Positions 39,673 through 53,187 of a DNA stretch of 64,000 bases are shown piece by piece. Numbering within the stretch: position 1 is the stretch's first letter; each line of letters opens with the position of its first letter. The stretch lies in NCBI GenBank assembly GCA_046563655.1, contig CM102289.1:2480001-2544000 (forward strand), given 5' to 3'. The translations under genes and the position numbers were made by a program. The notes beneath the pieces are model-generated. The model was not told the DNA's origin, ran no database searches, and worked only from the letters and a program-made list of their open reading frames with translations. The DNA comes from Yuukianura sp. NJ FZ-2021. Its lineage: Eukaryota.

Positions 39673-41025
39673 TAGGGCAAATTTTCAAATTGAAAATTTT
39701 AATTCTTAAAGTCTTACCCCCTCAAAACATTTCTATACGTTAAAGAAAAATCGTTGCAAAAAATGGAACCCCTACGACATGTCTAAGGGGTCCCTCAAAC
39801 GCCCTAATGAAAACCCAATAGCATAATACACTGCTATAAGCCTTCCCGCTATTTGAAGGCATTTATTTCAAAGGGTCTCACCACCCTGCATTGTCGCATA
39901 TATATAAAAAATTCCTGCAAGATATTTACCCGATCGGACACCTCTAAGGGGTCCCTCAATCATTTTATATGTAGAGCAGGGGTCCCTTATGAGTAACTAT
40001 TTTTCAAATCAACAATTTCCAATTCCTCCAAAAGCTACCGATTCGATTGAAAATTTGCGGGATGAAACGATGACAGTCCCCTATGGAATAGCTCGAACCC
40101 TTTAGTCGTTCGACCTTTGACCTCCCTATGCGGGGGGCAGGGGGGTTATAGTTCTCAAGTGGAGCATCCTTGCAAACCTTATAGCTTCATCAATTCTCAG
40201 CCGATAGAGATGGTACCGGTGGCATGTAAAAGCTACTTATAATATTTAGTAATGTTTTTAATTGTGATTTAAGGTCATTGACCTCCGAGGTGACCCCGTG
40301 ACCTTACCACAACCCTATGCAAGTGACACTTTACTACAAAGGTCTTGACAAGCTGAGTCAGAATATATATAAACGCTGATGCTATCGGCCAACCCTTTGA
40401 CCTCTAAAGGTCAAAACCGTGCGAAGTCATTCCGTGACCTCTGCAGGTCATGGGGTTGTTCGAAAGCGTCAATATCTATATACATTCTGAATCAGCTCGT
40501 CAAGAGATTTGTTGCGGGGTATCATATGCATAGGGTTGTCGTAAGGTCACGGGGTCACCTCGGAGGTCAATGACCTTGAATCACAATTAAAAACTTGTTT
40601 ACAAAATATGAGTAGCTTTTATATGCCACCGGTACCATCTCCATCGGTTAAGTATTGATGAAACTATAAGGTTTGCAAGGATGCTGCACTTGAGAACTAT
40701 AACCCCCCTGCCCCTCATAGGGAGGTCAAAGGTCGAACGACTAAAGGGTTCGAGCTATCCCATAGGGGACTGCCTTCGTTTTATCCTCCAAAATTTCAAT
40801 GGAAGCGTTAGGTCTTGTAGGAATCGGAAATTGTTGATTTGAAGAATAATTACTCATAAGGGACCCATGCTATGCCAATAAGATCCTTGAGGGACCCCCT
40901 AGAGTCAACAAAAAAATCTGAAAATTTTACTGATTTTTTTTTCTTATATAATGTAACATTTATAAGGGGTAAGACTTGAAAATTAAAAACGTAAGAAAAA
41001 TTACATGTATTGAAAATTTGCCCTA
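39673..41025. mobile_element. 1.35-kb foldback (Mutator-like) non-autonomous element with 9-bp TSD
   Basis: Termini tagggcaaattttcaa / ttgaaaatttgcccta; perfect direct repeat atgccacac at 39664 and 41026; internal arms 39942-40385 and 40465-40904 are reverse complements. Confidence 0.88.
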
Positions 41026-41198
41026 ATGCCACACGGACATCATCTTTGAAAGTGTGTATTTATTTGGTCTAATCTAAACAATTCTTTAAGATTATGACTC
41101 TATGAAAGTGGACTTTGTATCTCATAAAAATAAAGCGTCTCACGCCATCCAATTTTGTCGCTTGGTACAATCAGTATTCAAAAAATCGTCTTACTAAA

Positions 41199-43483
41199 AT
41201 GTTCAGGTCAAAGTTACTTTCTTACATTTTTAGAAGTCAAGGACAATGTCCTGCAAAAGTCATTGGAGCAATGACGCGGCGGTTACTTTCTGGGGAAGCC
41301 CGAACTTCAGAACTACTGAAGCGGAGAAAAGTTCGAACGGTTGATTTGGCCATTTTCAAAAAAGAACAAAAGCCAATTACCATGGTAACAGCCTACGACT
41401 ATCCATCGTCACTACACGTGGATTTGGCTGGTTTCGACATTTTGCTTGTTGGAGACTCACTAGGAATGGTTCAATTGGTGAGCACAAACTTTTCTAATGA
41501 CTTTAATTTTAGTGAAAAAGAAGTCACAACAGCAGCGTTCAGATCTTAGTGCATATAAACGACTTACCAAAAAGTTGTAGAATGTTTACGTTTAGAATTT
41601 TTTGTTGCAGGGAATGGACAATACAGTTCGAGTTACTATGGACGATATGATTCATCATTCAAAAGCGGTTGTACGGTGAGGAATTCGAAAGAATTTCAAT
41701 GAGTATTTTTGTAGTTTGACCTGAAAAGTATGAATGTGTTCGTTATAAAATTGGTTGCAATACTTGTTTTAGAGGTGTAAAACGAGCTTTAACTGTTTGC
41801 GATATGCCGTTTGGATCTTGCGAAGGAGACCCATATGAAGCCCTTAAGAATGCACAAAAATTGCTCAAGGTATTTCGTAATTAGGTTCCTTTGTCGTTGC
41901 TTTTTTCGGCAAAATTTCAACTGTCAAACCAAATTCACAAAGTTTTAAAAAAAAACAGTAACTAAAACACTTTACAGAAAAACTTTACGAGAAGTATAAC
42001 TAATATGAACATAAATCAAGATTAATTTTATTTATTAAATTCCATTTGTAGGAAGGCGGTGTAGATGCAGTAAAAATTGAAGGTGGCCTAACACGAGCTG
42101 ACACTGGTAAATGATATTATAACTTACTTGGTTAGGTTTGCTGATAGACATTTAGCCACACAGGATTTCAAAAAAGTTAAAGCTATGCTACACGTTATGC
42201 TAACTTCTTTTGGTAACTACAACTATATAAAAACATCATATTCGTTTTAATGCCCTTACTTTTCAAACTATGTTTTGGTAGTCAAGAAGATAGTTGATGC
42301 GGGTATAGCAGTTATTGGACATGTTGGTCTCCAGCCCCAGCACATAAGCGTCTTGGGCGGATTCCGTCCACAAGGACAAACCGGTAAGACCGTGAAACAG
42401 TTCGCATATTTAGAGCGGAACATTCAAAAGTCGCGCCAAAATGGCAATCGTAATGTTTTTGACATTTGATGGCTTTGGGCTTAGCGGACACAGCGGCATT
42501 GATAATAGAAGATGCACTTGCTATTCAGGTAAACTGATATGCTATTTACCACATTTTGATTTACTGTATAGTAATTCTGAGGAATTCGGGTTTTATTTAT
42601 TTAGGAAGCCGGAGCGTGTGCCATTGTGATAGAGTGCGTACCGTCGGTATGTTAATGTTTCTATGTATTTGATTTAGTGAAAACTGTTGACGGAATTGCC
42701 TAATCTTTAATTACATTTTAATACTTTGAATATAAAACATTATGATTCTACATGCTAATTAATTTGAATAGCTTAATTAATTCTATTTTGTAGATTATTG
42801 CACTCGCAGTGACTGAATTGTTGGATGTTCCTACAATTGGCATAGGAGCCGGACCGTATACAAGTGGACAGGTAGGTAGCACGCCGTTTATATCACTATT
42901 AGGTAGTGAAATACGAATATTGAAGTGAAAAGTTCGCTTAATTTTAGGTATTGGTATTCCACGATCTCCTGGGATTCTACCAACACAAACACAGCGTGGT
43001 ACAAACATTTCTATTGAAAACTGACAACATTTGCGGTACTAGCTTGGCTGAAGCAATTTTTTGTTACGCAGCAATACATGCCCAAGTTTTGTAAGCAGTA
43101 TGCCAATGTGAGTGAGGTCATTAGACTAGGACTGGAGGCATATCGAGATGATGTAGAAAGCGGAGAGTTTCCAGATAGACAGTACTCTCCGTACAAGGTA
43201 ATTGTAATTGGTAACATTGTAATTGACAAAATCATCGATTTTAAAAGTAGCACGTAACCTGATACAAAATTCCCTTTATGTGCGTGTCCTAAGTAGCTTT
43301 TTGTTAAATATTTACAAGATTTTTGTTTTCAACATCAACGTTACGTTCAATTTTTAGATGCACCCTGAGGAGCACGACGAGTTCCTGCAAATGGTTCAAC
43401 AGAAGTACGGTCATATGAAAAAGTTCACGAAAAAAGATGCTGGAAGTAGCTCAGACCATAACTCAATTCCACGCGGAGGTTAA
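41199..43483 (+). CDS. panB: Ketopantoate hydroxymethyltransferase, 11 exons (41199-41477, 41611-41675, 41773-41869, 42052-42106, 42282-42383, 42485-42528, 42605-42646, 42794-42871, 42948-42998, 43072-43197, 43358-43483)
   Basis: [74 protein letters not shown]; all introns GT-AG and frame-consistent. Confidence 0.95.
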
Positions 43484-44023
43484 ATTTTTAATAAATAGGT
43501 TCAAAACACGCATTTGTACAGTGTGTTAAACTTAACGTTACTCTACAACAAAACTCTACCAAACAGTATAGTCAGTTTTCACACTCTTACAGTTGTATTA
43601 AAAATAAGTTAATTTTAAAGTTGAAATGTTAGTCAGTTTTGCGTTTTTCTCCATTTTACAATATTTTTATTGTACAAATATAGCTCACAAAACCAAAACT
43701 TTTTTGCTTAGTGAGCGTTATCATTGATCACTATTGAGCGATTGAAAAATGAATTGTGGAGTGAAATATACGCAAATAAATTCGGTAGTTCAAAATGGCT
43801 GCGGAGGTAGAGCGTATTACCTTCAGCGTACGCACACTGCAACTTTTCATTGTAAATTGAAGGTTGGTTATATAAAATTACAATTAACAATGACTTTAGA
43901 AATGGCATTCGCAAAAATATTTAATTTTTTTTTGATTGTTTCCTTCAATGTTGCTCTTATTCCATCTTTGAGAAAGTTATGTTAGCAAACTGCTAAAATT
44001 CACGACAAAAGGAACTTTTCAAA

Positions 44024-45581
44024 ATGGAACTTTTGGGTTTCGTAAATTTTCTCTTGAGTTTTCTTGGGCTTTCTCTAACGTCTTATGAAAGCGGAAGTAA
44101 ACCTCGCTGTCTTAACGATACTGCCGGCATCGAAGGTTTGTAACGCATAATTTTTTCTTATTGTAACAGGTGATTAGCGCGAAAACATTATGCCCGAATT
44201 CAGCAAGTCAACTACAGCTGAACTGAATGTCACTGGGGTGTATAAGTTTTTTAAACGGCGTGTTTCCATTGGTAATTTAAGTTTATTGTTACCAACTTGT
44301 GGAATTCGCGCTAACGACGTATTTAATTTTTCTTATAATTGATTATTTCTTATTTCTTGTCCATAATTATTAATCCGTTAATTATTTTACGGGAAAAGGC
44401 GAGAAATTGTCTCCGATTGAAGGCAGAGTAGTGAACGGTGTACCCGTCCGGATTGAGCAAGTACCGTATCTAGCACAGATTGTAGTTGTGACGTCACCAG
44501 GACGAGGAAGAAGATGCGGAGGTAAATATGCAAAATATTAGTATACAAATGTTTTTAAGCATATTATTTTGTTATAATTGAAACTTTTACCTTACTTGTG
44601 TTGATTATTACCCAAAGGAACGATTTACTCCAAAGATTTCATTATTACGGGTAAGTTTTGTCTACAAATTGTACTTTTTTGAAAAAATATGGTAATTGAA
44701 AAGTCATTTTTCTCTTTGTAGCTGCACATTGTTTTGTGTATTCAGAGAATATATTACGAACGACCCCAAGTCAAGTGACTGTATACGTTGGAAAAACTCA
44801 TTTACAAGCGATAGACCCGGAGCAGGTCGAACTTAGCGTCACGCGAATTATTGTACATGAAAATTACAACAAAAGTGCCAGTTTGGATTCAGATATAACG
44901 CTTCTAAGAGTTTCGCCACCGATTCAGTTCAATAAGTACATGCAAAGGATTGAAGTCGCTTCGGAATATCCGGCGACGTTTCTATCAACGGGTAGACAAA
45001 TTTTTCAAATTTAATCACCTTCAAAAATTTTTTCTGAGTAGTCAAAAATCTCTGTTTTAATGCTCCCATGAGCTCAAATGTCAAAAACATTTTTTAGGAG
45101 CAATACTTGCAAGTATCTCAAAATTTTTTGTTTCATAAACCAAAATGTTTTGTGATTTTTAGGAAGTTCTGCTGCTCTTGTTAGCGGTTGGGGTTCCACT
45201 GAGAAACGATTTGTGGACAGCAGTAAAGCAAACCTCCGTCCGTCGGAAACACTCAATGCTGGAAGGCTAAGAATGATTACGCGTCAAAAATGTTCGGAAG
45301 AGTATCGGGCTGTAGATGCGTCGAAGGTTTATGAAAGTGGACGTTCTCCTGATGGAAAAACTGGAATAATAGATTTGGGAACACTTCCTTACACAGTTTT
45401 CTGTGCAACAACTACTGGAGTAAGCGCTTGCGATGGTGACAGCGGTGGACCACTTTTCTGTGACAATCCAATGAAGGTTTGCGGTGTTGCGTCATATTCA
45501 TTCGGTTGTGGCTACGGCGTGTCGAATGTGTTCACTGACCTCATACAGTTATTGCCTTGGATCAAACAAAACGCAATTTAA
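44024..45581 (+). CDS. Secreted S1A serine protease copy 1 (5' exon structure uncertain)
   Basis: IEGR-VVNG activation site, CGG, TAAHC (split by intron), SDITLL, SACDGDSGGPL. Confidence 0.85.
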
Positions 45582-45764
45582 AGAATTTGGACACATCACT
45601 TGCAAACAAAACAGGATTGAAATGAACAGTACAACTACAAAAATTAATTCGATTTCTGAAGTCGTTTTCTTGAAATTTAATTAAATTTACTTCAGCTCAT
45701 ATTTTTTTTTCAATTTGGAAAAAATAAAGCACGGCTTCTGTCGGAACTGAATTGAATTTTTTTT

Positions 45765-46640
45765 CAGTTACTGTTCTGCTCCTTGTACAACTTTCTTTTT
45801 TCCGATTTTGGAAGTAGGTTTCCCAGTAATGCAGAAATGGCCTAGCCTTCGGATGCACCAGCATCAGCATCCACTTCAGCTTTAGCATCCCCTTCACTTA
45901 CGATTAGATTTTCTGGCTGTTCGTTATTGTTCTGTGCGGGATCATGAACATCTAAAAATTTGAAACAAGAAATTTTGTAAATCTTAAAAAACCAAGTTAA
46001 AAGAATTTACTATATTTAGTTGCTAGGGCGTAGTTCCTGACTTACCGCAGACGTTACAAAATTTAGCGTAATTTGGCAGCATGTAGACAGGGTTACTGTT
46101 GCACTCTCCATGGGACGTCCAAGCCTCACAATATTGGTCCATGTCACAACAAGCACCAGCTTCAGCATTGACTTTTGACTCGGCTTCCTCTACCTCCTGA
46201 GCAGTGTTGGTGGATATCCACTTTTTCGACATTTCATCCACGGCTGGATATCCAGTGGTAGAAATGGACGAAATGGATGAATCCAAAGGGGCGGAGCTTT
46301 GCCCTCTGAATTTGAATTAATTGACTACAAACAACTAAAAAACGTGAAAACACAGTTCAAAAACTATTTATATATCGTTTTTAAATATGTTTTAAATAAT
46401 ATATTAACTATAATCCGGAACGTAAAGCTTTCTGGTATCATTTCGTAAATTTAAATTTGAATTGATTTGAATTTCGCGCAAAATTTGTGATTTCTTCCAT
46501 CCACTTTTAGTTTCGTCCATTTTGGGTGCGTTTCTTCCAGTGGATATCCACTGGAAGTGGCAATTAAGCCACTGGACGTTTAAGCGTCCACCAACACTGC
46601 TCCTGAGGCTCGTTGATGTTTCGAGCAGGAGCTTCTACGA
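45765..46640 (-). pseudogene. 5'-truncated ShK-domain gene copy disrupted by a MITE
   Basis: Matches exons 2-3 of the gene at 48646-49608; lacks exon 1; one Cys changed to Tyr (LPNYAKFC). Confidence 0.85.
46202..46599. mobile_element. 398-bp hAT-like MITE
   Basis: TIR cagtgttggtgga / tccaccaacactg; 8-bp TSD ctcctgag at 46194 and 46600; empty site in the paralog near 49073. Confidence 0.9.
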
Positions 46641-46867
46641 TATATTTTCAACTTCAAAATGCTTCACATACACTGCAACTGTTTATTGTAAATTGAAGGC
46701 AGATTATATAAAATCACAATTAACAATTACATTAGAAATGGCACACCCAAAAATATTTAAGCCTTTTGTATTGTTTTCTTCAATGTTGCTCTTATTTCGT
46801 CTTTGAGAAAGTTTTTGTTAGCATACTGCTAAAATTCACGACGAAACAAAGGATTTTTTTTTCCAAA

Positions 46868-48462
46868 ATGGAACTTTTGGGTTTCGTAAATTTTCTTTTA
46901 AGTTTTCTTGGGCTTTCTTTAACGTCTTATGATAGCGGAAGTAAACCTCCCTGTCGTAACAATACTGCTGGCATCGAAGGTTTGTAATGCCTAATTTTTT
47001 CTTATCGTAACAGGTCATTAGCGCGAAAACATTATGCCCGAATTCAGTAAGTCAACTACAGCTGAACTAAATCTCAATGGGTTGTGTACATTGTTTAAAC
47101 GGTGGGTTAAGTTCCACTGGTAATGTAAGTTTATTGTTGCCAACTTGGAATTCGCGCTTATTGTTTTCGCGCTAATGACGTATAGCTTTTTTTTATTATT
47201 GATTATTTCTTACTTCTGTCTCTGATTATGAATCCGTTAATTATTTTACGGGAAAAGGGGGGAAGTTGTCTCTGATTGAAGGCAGAGTAGTGAACGGTCA
47301 ACCCGTTCGGATTGAGCAAGTACCGTATCAAGCACTGGTTGTAATTGTGCTGTCACCACAACGAGGAAGAGCATGCGGAGGTAAGTATGCAAAGTATTCG
47401 TATAAAAATGTTTCTCAGAGTATTATTTTGTTATTAGTTTATTATTATTGAAATGCTTACTTTACGTATGTTGATTATTACGCACAGGAACGATTTATTC
47501 CAAAGATTTCATTATCACCGGTAAACTTTTTTTATAAGCAGTACTTTTTTTGAAATATTTTGGTTATTGAAGAATCATTTTCCTCCTTGTAGCTGCACAC
47601 TGTTTTGTGCATTCAGAGGATATATTCCGGCCAACTCCAAATCAAGTGACGGTATACGTTGGAAAAACTCATTTCACAGCGAAAGACCCGGAGCAGGTCA
47701 AGCTAAGAGTCACGCAAATTATTCTACATGAAAATTACAACAAAATCACCGATTTCTATTCAGATATTGCTCTTTTAAGAGTTTCGCCACCGATCCAGTT
47801 CAATAAGTACATGCAAAGCATTGAAGTCGCTTCAGAGTACCCGGCGACGTTCAACTCAAAGGGTAAACATTGCAAGATTGAATCACATACAAAATTTTAG
47901 TTTGAGTATTGTAGTCAAAAACTCAATTTCTGTTTTAATGCTCCCATGACCTCAAATGTCAAAAACATTTTTAGGAGCAATATTGAATTTTGTATAACTC
48001 AAAATTTTTTGTTGCATAAAAAATAATGTTTTGTGATTTTTAGGAAGTTCTGCTGCTCTTGTTAGCGGTTGGGGTGCCACTGTCAAACGATTTGTGGACA
48101 GTAGTAAAGCAAACCTCCTTCCGTCAGAAACACTCAACGCCGGAAGGTTAAGAATGATTACGCGTCAAAAATGTCAGGAAGAGTATCACGCTGTAGATGC
48201 GTCGAAAGTGTATGAAAGTGGACGTTCTCCTGATGGAAGAACTGGAATAATAGATTTGGGAACACTTCCTGACACAGTTGTCTGTACAACAACTACTGGA
48301 GTAAGCGCCTGCGACGGTGACAGCGGTGGACCACTTTTCTGTGACAATCCAATGAAACTATGCGGTGTTGCGTCATTTGGATACGGTTGTGGTAACGGAG
48401 TGTCGAATGTGTTCACTGACCTCATACAGTTATTGCCTTGGATCAAAGCAAACGCAATTTGA
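46868..48462 (+). CDS. Secreted S1A serine protease copy 2
   Basis: Same exon layout and intact H/D/S triad as copy 1. Confidence 0.85.
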
Positions 48463-48645
48463 AGTTTGATGGCAAATCAATTTCAATGCAACTAGAAAGT
48501 GTTAAAATGAACAGCACTAAGGAAAAAATTATTCCAATTTCTGAAATCGTTTTTAATAATTTTTATTTTTATTTCGACTCATATTTTTTTTTCAAATTGG
48601 AAAAAATAAAGTACGGCTTGTATTGGAACTGAATTGAGTTTTTTT

Positions 48646-49608
48646 TCAGTTACTGTTCTGCTCTTTGTACAACTTTCTCTTTTCCGATTTTGGAAGTAGG
48701 TTTCCCAGAAGTGCAGAAATGGAAGTCCCACCTTCGGATGCTCCAGCATCAGCATCCACTTCAGCTTCAGCATCCGCTTCTCCTAGATTTTCAGGCTGTT
48801 CATTATTGTTTTGTGCCGGAGCTGGAGCTTCTAAAAATTTAAAACAAAAAACAGTCGAAATTTCCAAACACCAAACTAAAAATTTTTTCCAAATTAAATT
48901 ACTATGGCATAGTCCATGACTTACGGCAGACGTTACAAGATTTAGCGCAGTTTGGCAGCATATAGCCGGGGTTATTGTCGCACTCTCCATGGGACGCCCA
49001 AGCCTCACAATATTGGTCCATGTCGCTGCAAGCGTCAGCATCAGCATCTTTTTTTGACTCGGCTTCTCCTTGTTCCTGAGGCTCGTTGATGTTTTGTGCA
49101 GGAGGTGCAGGAGCTTCTACAATACATTTTCAACAACAAAATGTTTCAACAATGTCAAAATTTTATTTTTTAACTTAGCAGTTGTAATTTCTCACTTACC
49201 ACAGACTTTGCATGATCTGGGACAATTTGGAAGCATGTAGCCAGGGTTGTTGTCGCACTCTCCATGATCAGCCCAATCGGAACAATATTGGTCCATGTCA
49301 CTGCAAGCGTCAAGTGGTTGTCCATTTGATACGTCAGCACAGGCGTTAGCGCAGAACGTTAGCATGTAGCCAGGATTCCTGGAGCATTCTCCAGTTTTAG
49401 CCCAATCGACACACTCCGGTTCTTCCTGGACTCCTGGCGGTGCTTCACCACATGAAGCTGCGCATTGGTCCAGCATAAATCCCGGATTCAAGTGACAGTC
49501 CCCACGAACAGCCCATCCTGCACAGTCTGCATGCTTGTCACTGCCTGAACCTAGAATTCCAGGAGCCGTTAGCCCCAAAACTAGCAAACAGTAGAACGAA
49601 ATCTGCAT
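48646..49608 (-). CDS. Secreted protein with four ShKT-like domains, 3 exons
   Basis: Signal peptide MQISFYCLLVLGLTAPGILG; repeats C..WA..GEC..NPG(Y/F)ML..C..SC; exons 49608-49200, 49116 to about 48925, 48830-48646. Confidence 0.88.
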
Positions 49609-50156
49609 TTTGAAATTTAATACCACCCAATTCTAATGCAAATTACGAAATGTTTCAAATTGAAACTGAAATCTGCTCAGCCACTACTCACTTTTTACCA
49701 CATTGCCCAACAAACGCAGCCTTATCTTGCAAAACCGAATTCGGTTAAATTGTACTTCACGCTTATACGTGGAAAGCATTCGGATAAAGTTAATTGCCAA
49801 ATCATGGTTACACACTGATACACTTTATTTGCACAAATTAACTTCAACCTCAAAATGAAATTTAATCTTCACAAATTACATGTAACAGGCTACACTTTGA
49901 GGATCAATTGCTTAGTCCAAATGAAATTGGAATAACGCACTGATGCGAGACTATGGAAAACGAAATACATATAAAAGTTTAGAATCATTTTGCATCAAAA
50001 TTTTTGTCAACATTTTTTAATGCAACTTTTGCAGCATAAACCAAGAAAAAGGAAAAGATCGAAGTACAACAAATTGAAAGTATTTTTTTTTTGAAATTGT
50101 GAAATAAATGGAAAGCTAAACTAAGAGTAATCTATAGGAATGTTAAATTAGTTGAT

Positions 50157-51392
50157 TCACAAGGTAGCATAGTACGTTTGCTTTTTAGTGTACTGGGCTA
50201 GATGAGGCAAAAGTTCATTCGACTTGAGTGCATGGGACAGTAAGTCTAAAATAGGATGTTGAATTGGCAAAGGTGCTGGTGCCACTGGCAACTCAGATGG
50301 AGCAACTGGATGGAACAAAATGAAAGCTTCCTTACGAGTACAAGCGGAATTTTCCGAATATTTCGGTGAAACGGCAACGCAAGTTCCGCTCAACTCATCC
50401 CTTGGAACGAAAACAGAATGTTCTCCACAAGTCTACGATCAAAATTATGCAAAAATGTAATTTCCGACAACGGATATCAACAATCGTTAAAATTCAAAAT
50501 TTTGAAAGAAAAAACTTTTTTTTGTGTATTAGTAGTTGCTTACTTTGATATGGGCGTAACCAAGTTCATCACATTCCCAGTAAAATTGACAGTCACATGC
50601 ATGTGGAAGAAGGCGTGCACCGACACATGGCTCTTCTAAGGCTGAAGTCAGATCAACATCATCTTCATCGGGTGCTGTTTGTGCTGCAACGGAATGCATT
50701 GGCGTATGATCTCTGAAATTATGTTTCAGTTGCACAGTCTCAGCTTCAAGTTTAGCTGGTGCTGGTGCTGGTGTTGTTGGTGTTGGGCACGAAGGAGGTA
50801 CTGCGCAACTGTCAGCACATCCGCAGTAGCTCACATCAACAGCATTGCTCAGTTGGCAAGCTCCACCGCCTAATGCATTTGGAATGAAAACTAACGGATC
50901 AGGACAAACCTGCATTAAAATACAAATTTTTTGAAAAATTGGGATTTAGCCAACTTTTTAATCAACCTATAGTTGTTAAATTTCTTTTGAAATATAATTA
51001 AATTTTAATAAGTTTACCTTTGGCACGGGCCATCCGTTGGCACATTCATAAAAAACTTGAGGCCAGCATGCGTCAACAAAGAAAGTTCCGTTTTCACATG
51101 GACCGTCGACTGGATTTGGACAAACTGGTCGTGTATCGCATCCTATTAAATACATTTTAATATTAAATATATGTTTAACATATTTTTATTCAGGATATAT
51201 TTTTGAAGTTTTGATTGAATTGAAAGAAATTTTGAAACTTAGTTTGGAAACTTTCACAAGTTTACCTGGTGCTGCTGGTTTCCCCACTGTTTGGATAGTA
51301 AGTGGGTAGCTTTCTACGAATAAGAGAAAGCTACCACCAATTACAATTAAAAACACAGCCATTTGAGTTAAAATTTCAAAGACTTTTGACAT
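50157..51392 (-). CDS. Secreted chitin-binding type-2 (peritrophin-A-like) protein B, 4 exons
   Basis: FFVDACWPQVFYECANG...VCPDPLVF and LPHACDCQFYWECD...TCGEHSVF; Pro-rich linker; an alternative last exon near 49890-49951 is possible. Confidence 0.68.
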
Positions 51393-52360
51393 GTTGCTTT
51401 TAAATTTGTCAAGCGGTCAAGGGCTAGAAGGTTTCGTGCTCCGCAGTGAGATACACAATGAATTGCTCCTCGAGAGTTTTTCAAAGAATTTTCTTCATTT
51501 TTTTACGGTAGCCTTCTCCCTAAGTTTTAAATAAAATTCACTTAAAGCAAATTCTAAAAATTATAAAAATAGAAGCTCTTAACCCTATTCACTTAAAAAA
51601 CGTTTTTTAAAAAAATGGCTTTTGATGAAGACAACCAGCGGCATTGTGCTTGAAAGCGTCACATTTTTTTTTTTGTAAAATCAGAATTTTCTTTTGTACC
51701 TCAAAAACATAATCCTTTCTGAGTGCCCTTAAAATTTTCACACATTTCAGGAATATGAAATTTTTTAGAACAAAGAAATCGAGTGTTTTCGAGTTTTTAG
51801 TGTATAATCTTTACCCAGAACTTCAATTTCGGATGTAAGCTTAATCCTGACCTTCTTAATTTAGCAACACTTTGACTGAACTCTGATAGGGCACAAAAAT
51901 GTAAATACGTGACATCGTTGAAACAATATTTCGGTCATACGTTACTATGTTTATTGGTGACGCAGGTCAATTTAGTACTTTTCTGTATTTTCTAGCTGGT
52001 TGTAAATTCTAGACATATTTTTTTTTCCCAAAAATTGACTCTTCAAAATTCAAACCATATTTTTAATTTCAATCGTCTGAAATAAAAAATTCATTTGATT
52101 TTATTTGCATTCTGAATGACTCTGAATCAACAAAGTTTGAAGCTAAACCAAGGAAACCAAGGAAGAAACGATGTAACACAATAAACTTCTGTTGGAAATT
52201 GAAATTTTCCAATACAGCACACACTGATATACTACAGAGATTTCGGTATGATCATAAATTTTTTTACTAAAACAAAACCCATGTTCAAAAAACACTTCAA
52301 GGTAAAAATTTGCTTAACTTTTTTTAAAATCTACATCCACATTTTTTTACAAAATAAAAT

Positions 52361-53187
52361 TTAGTTGTTCTGCTGTTTAGAAAGAGCGGGACGACGTTTC
52401 TTGATCCGTTGAAGACACGCAGTGGCTTCGGGAGCTCCACCGGAGGGAACGCAGTTGCCACTATAGTCGCCTCTTGGTCGAAAGTAAAATCCAGCACCAC
52501 AAGCCTAAATTCAAACATAAATTGTCGAAAAATTTCACAATGAAGTCAAATTAATTTTTAAGTAACTCAAATTTGTACCTGCAAATGAGGAAATTGCAGA
52601 ACATCGCACACCCAGTAAAATTGACAGTCACATCGGAATGGCAGGTAGATGGCTCCCTTGCAATCGTTGCAAACTACTTCTTTCTTAGGACAAGTAGGTG
52701 GGACATTGCATTGTGGACTGCAACCGCATGTCCGTGGTTCTCGATCATTGACCAAAGTGGATTCCAATTTGCCACCACCGGCGCCTTGTGGACGGTCACA
52801 TAATGCAACCGAAGTGTCTTCAGGATTTGCAATTGCCGCTGGATTCACCACCAGCCCATATGAACAAACCTGTTTAATAAAGTATAATGAAATATTTATT
52901 ATAACTTATTTTGTTTAAGTTTTCTTTTAATTATTTCAAATTTTTACCGCTGGAACAGGTTTCCCAAAAGCGCATTCCCAGTAGACGTTAGGGAAGCAGA
53001 CATCTTTAAAATATTGAGCATCTTTGCAGCGTTCGTCTGTAGTGTTTGGGCATGTTGGTCGATAGTCACATCCAGGCGTCGTCGTTAACTTTGCCAACGT
53101 TAATGGTCCTTTGTGATTGGCTGATCCATTTGCTTCAAGAGCAAATGCGACTATCAATGCCAAAAGTACAAAATGCGAAGAAAACAT
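52361..53187 (-). CDS. Secreted chitin-binding type-2 (peritrophin-A-like) protein A, 3 exons
   Basis: Signal peptide; YFKDVCFPNVYWECAFG..VCSYGLV and YLPFRCDCQFYWVCD..ACGAGFYF; paralog of protein B. Confidence 0.7.

Noticed and set aside
44178..44240. Possible mini-exon (RENIMPEFSKSTTAELN) conserved in both protease copies
   Set aside because: Splice phase could not be reconciled with exon 1; needs RNA data
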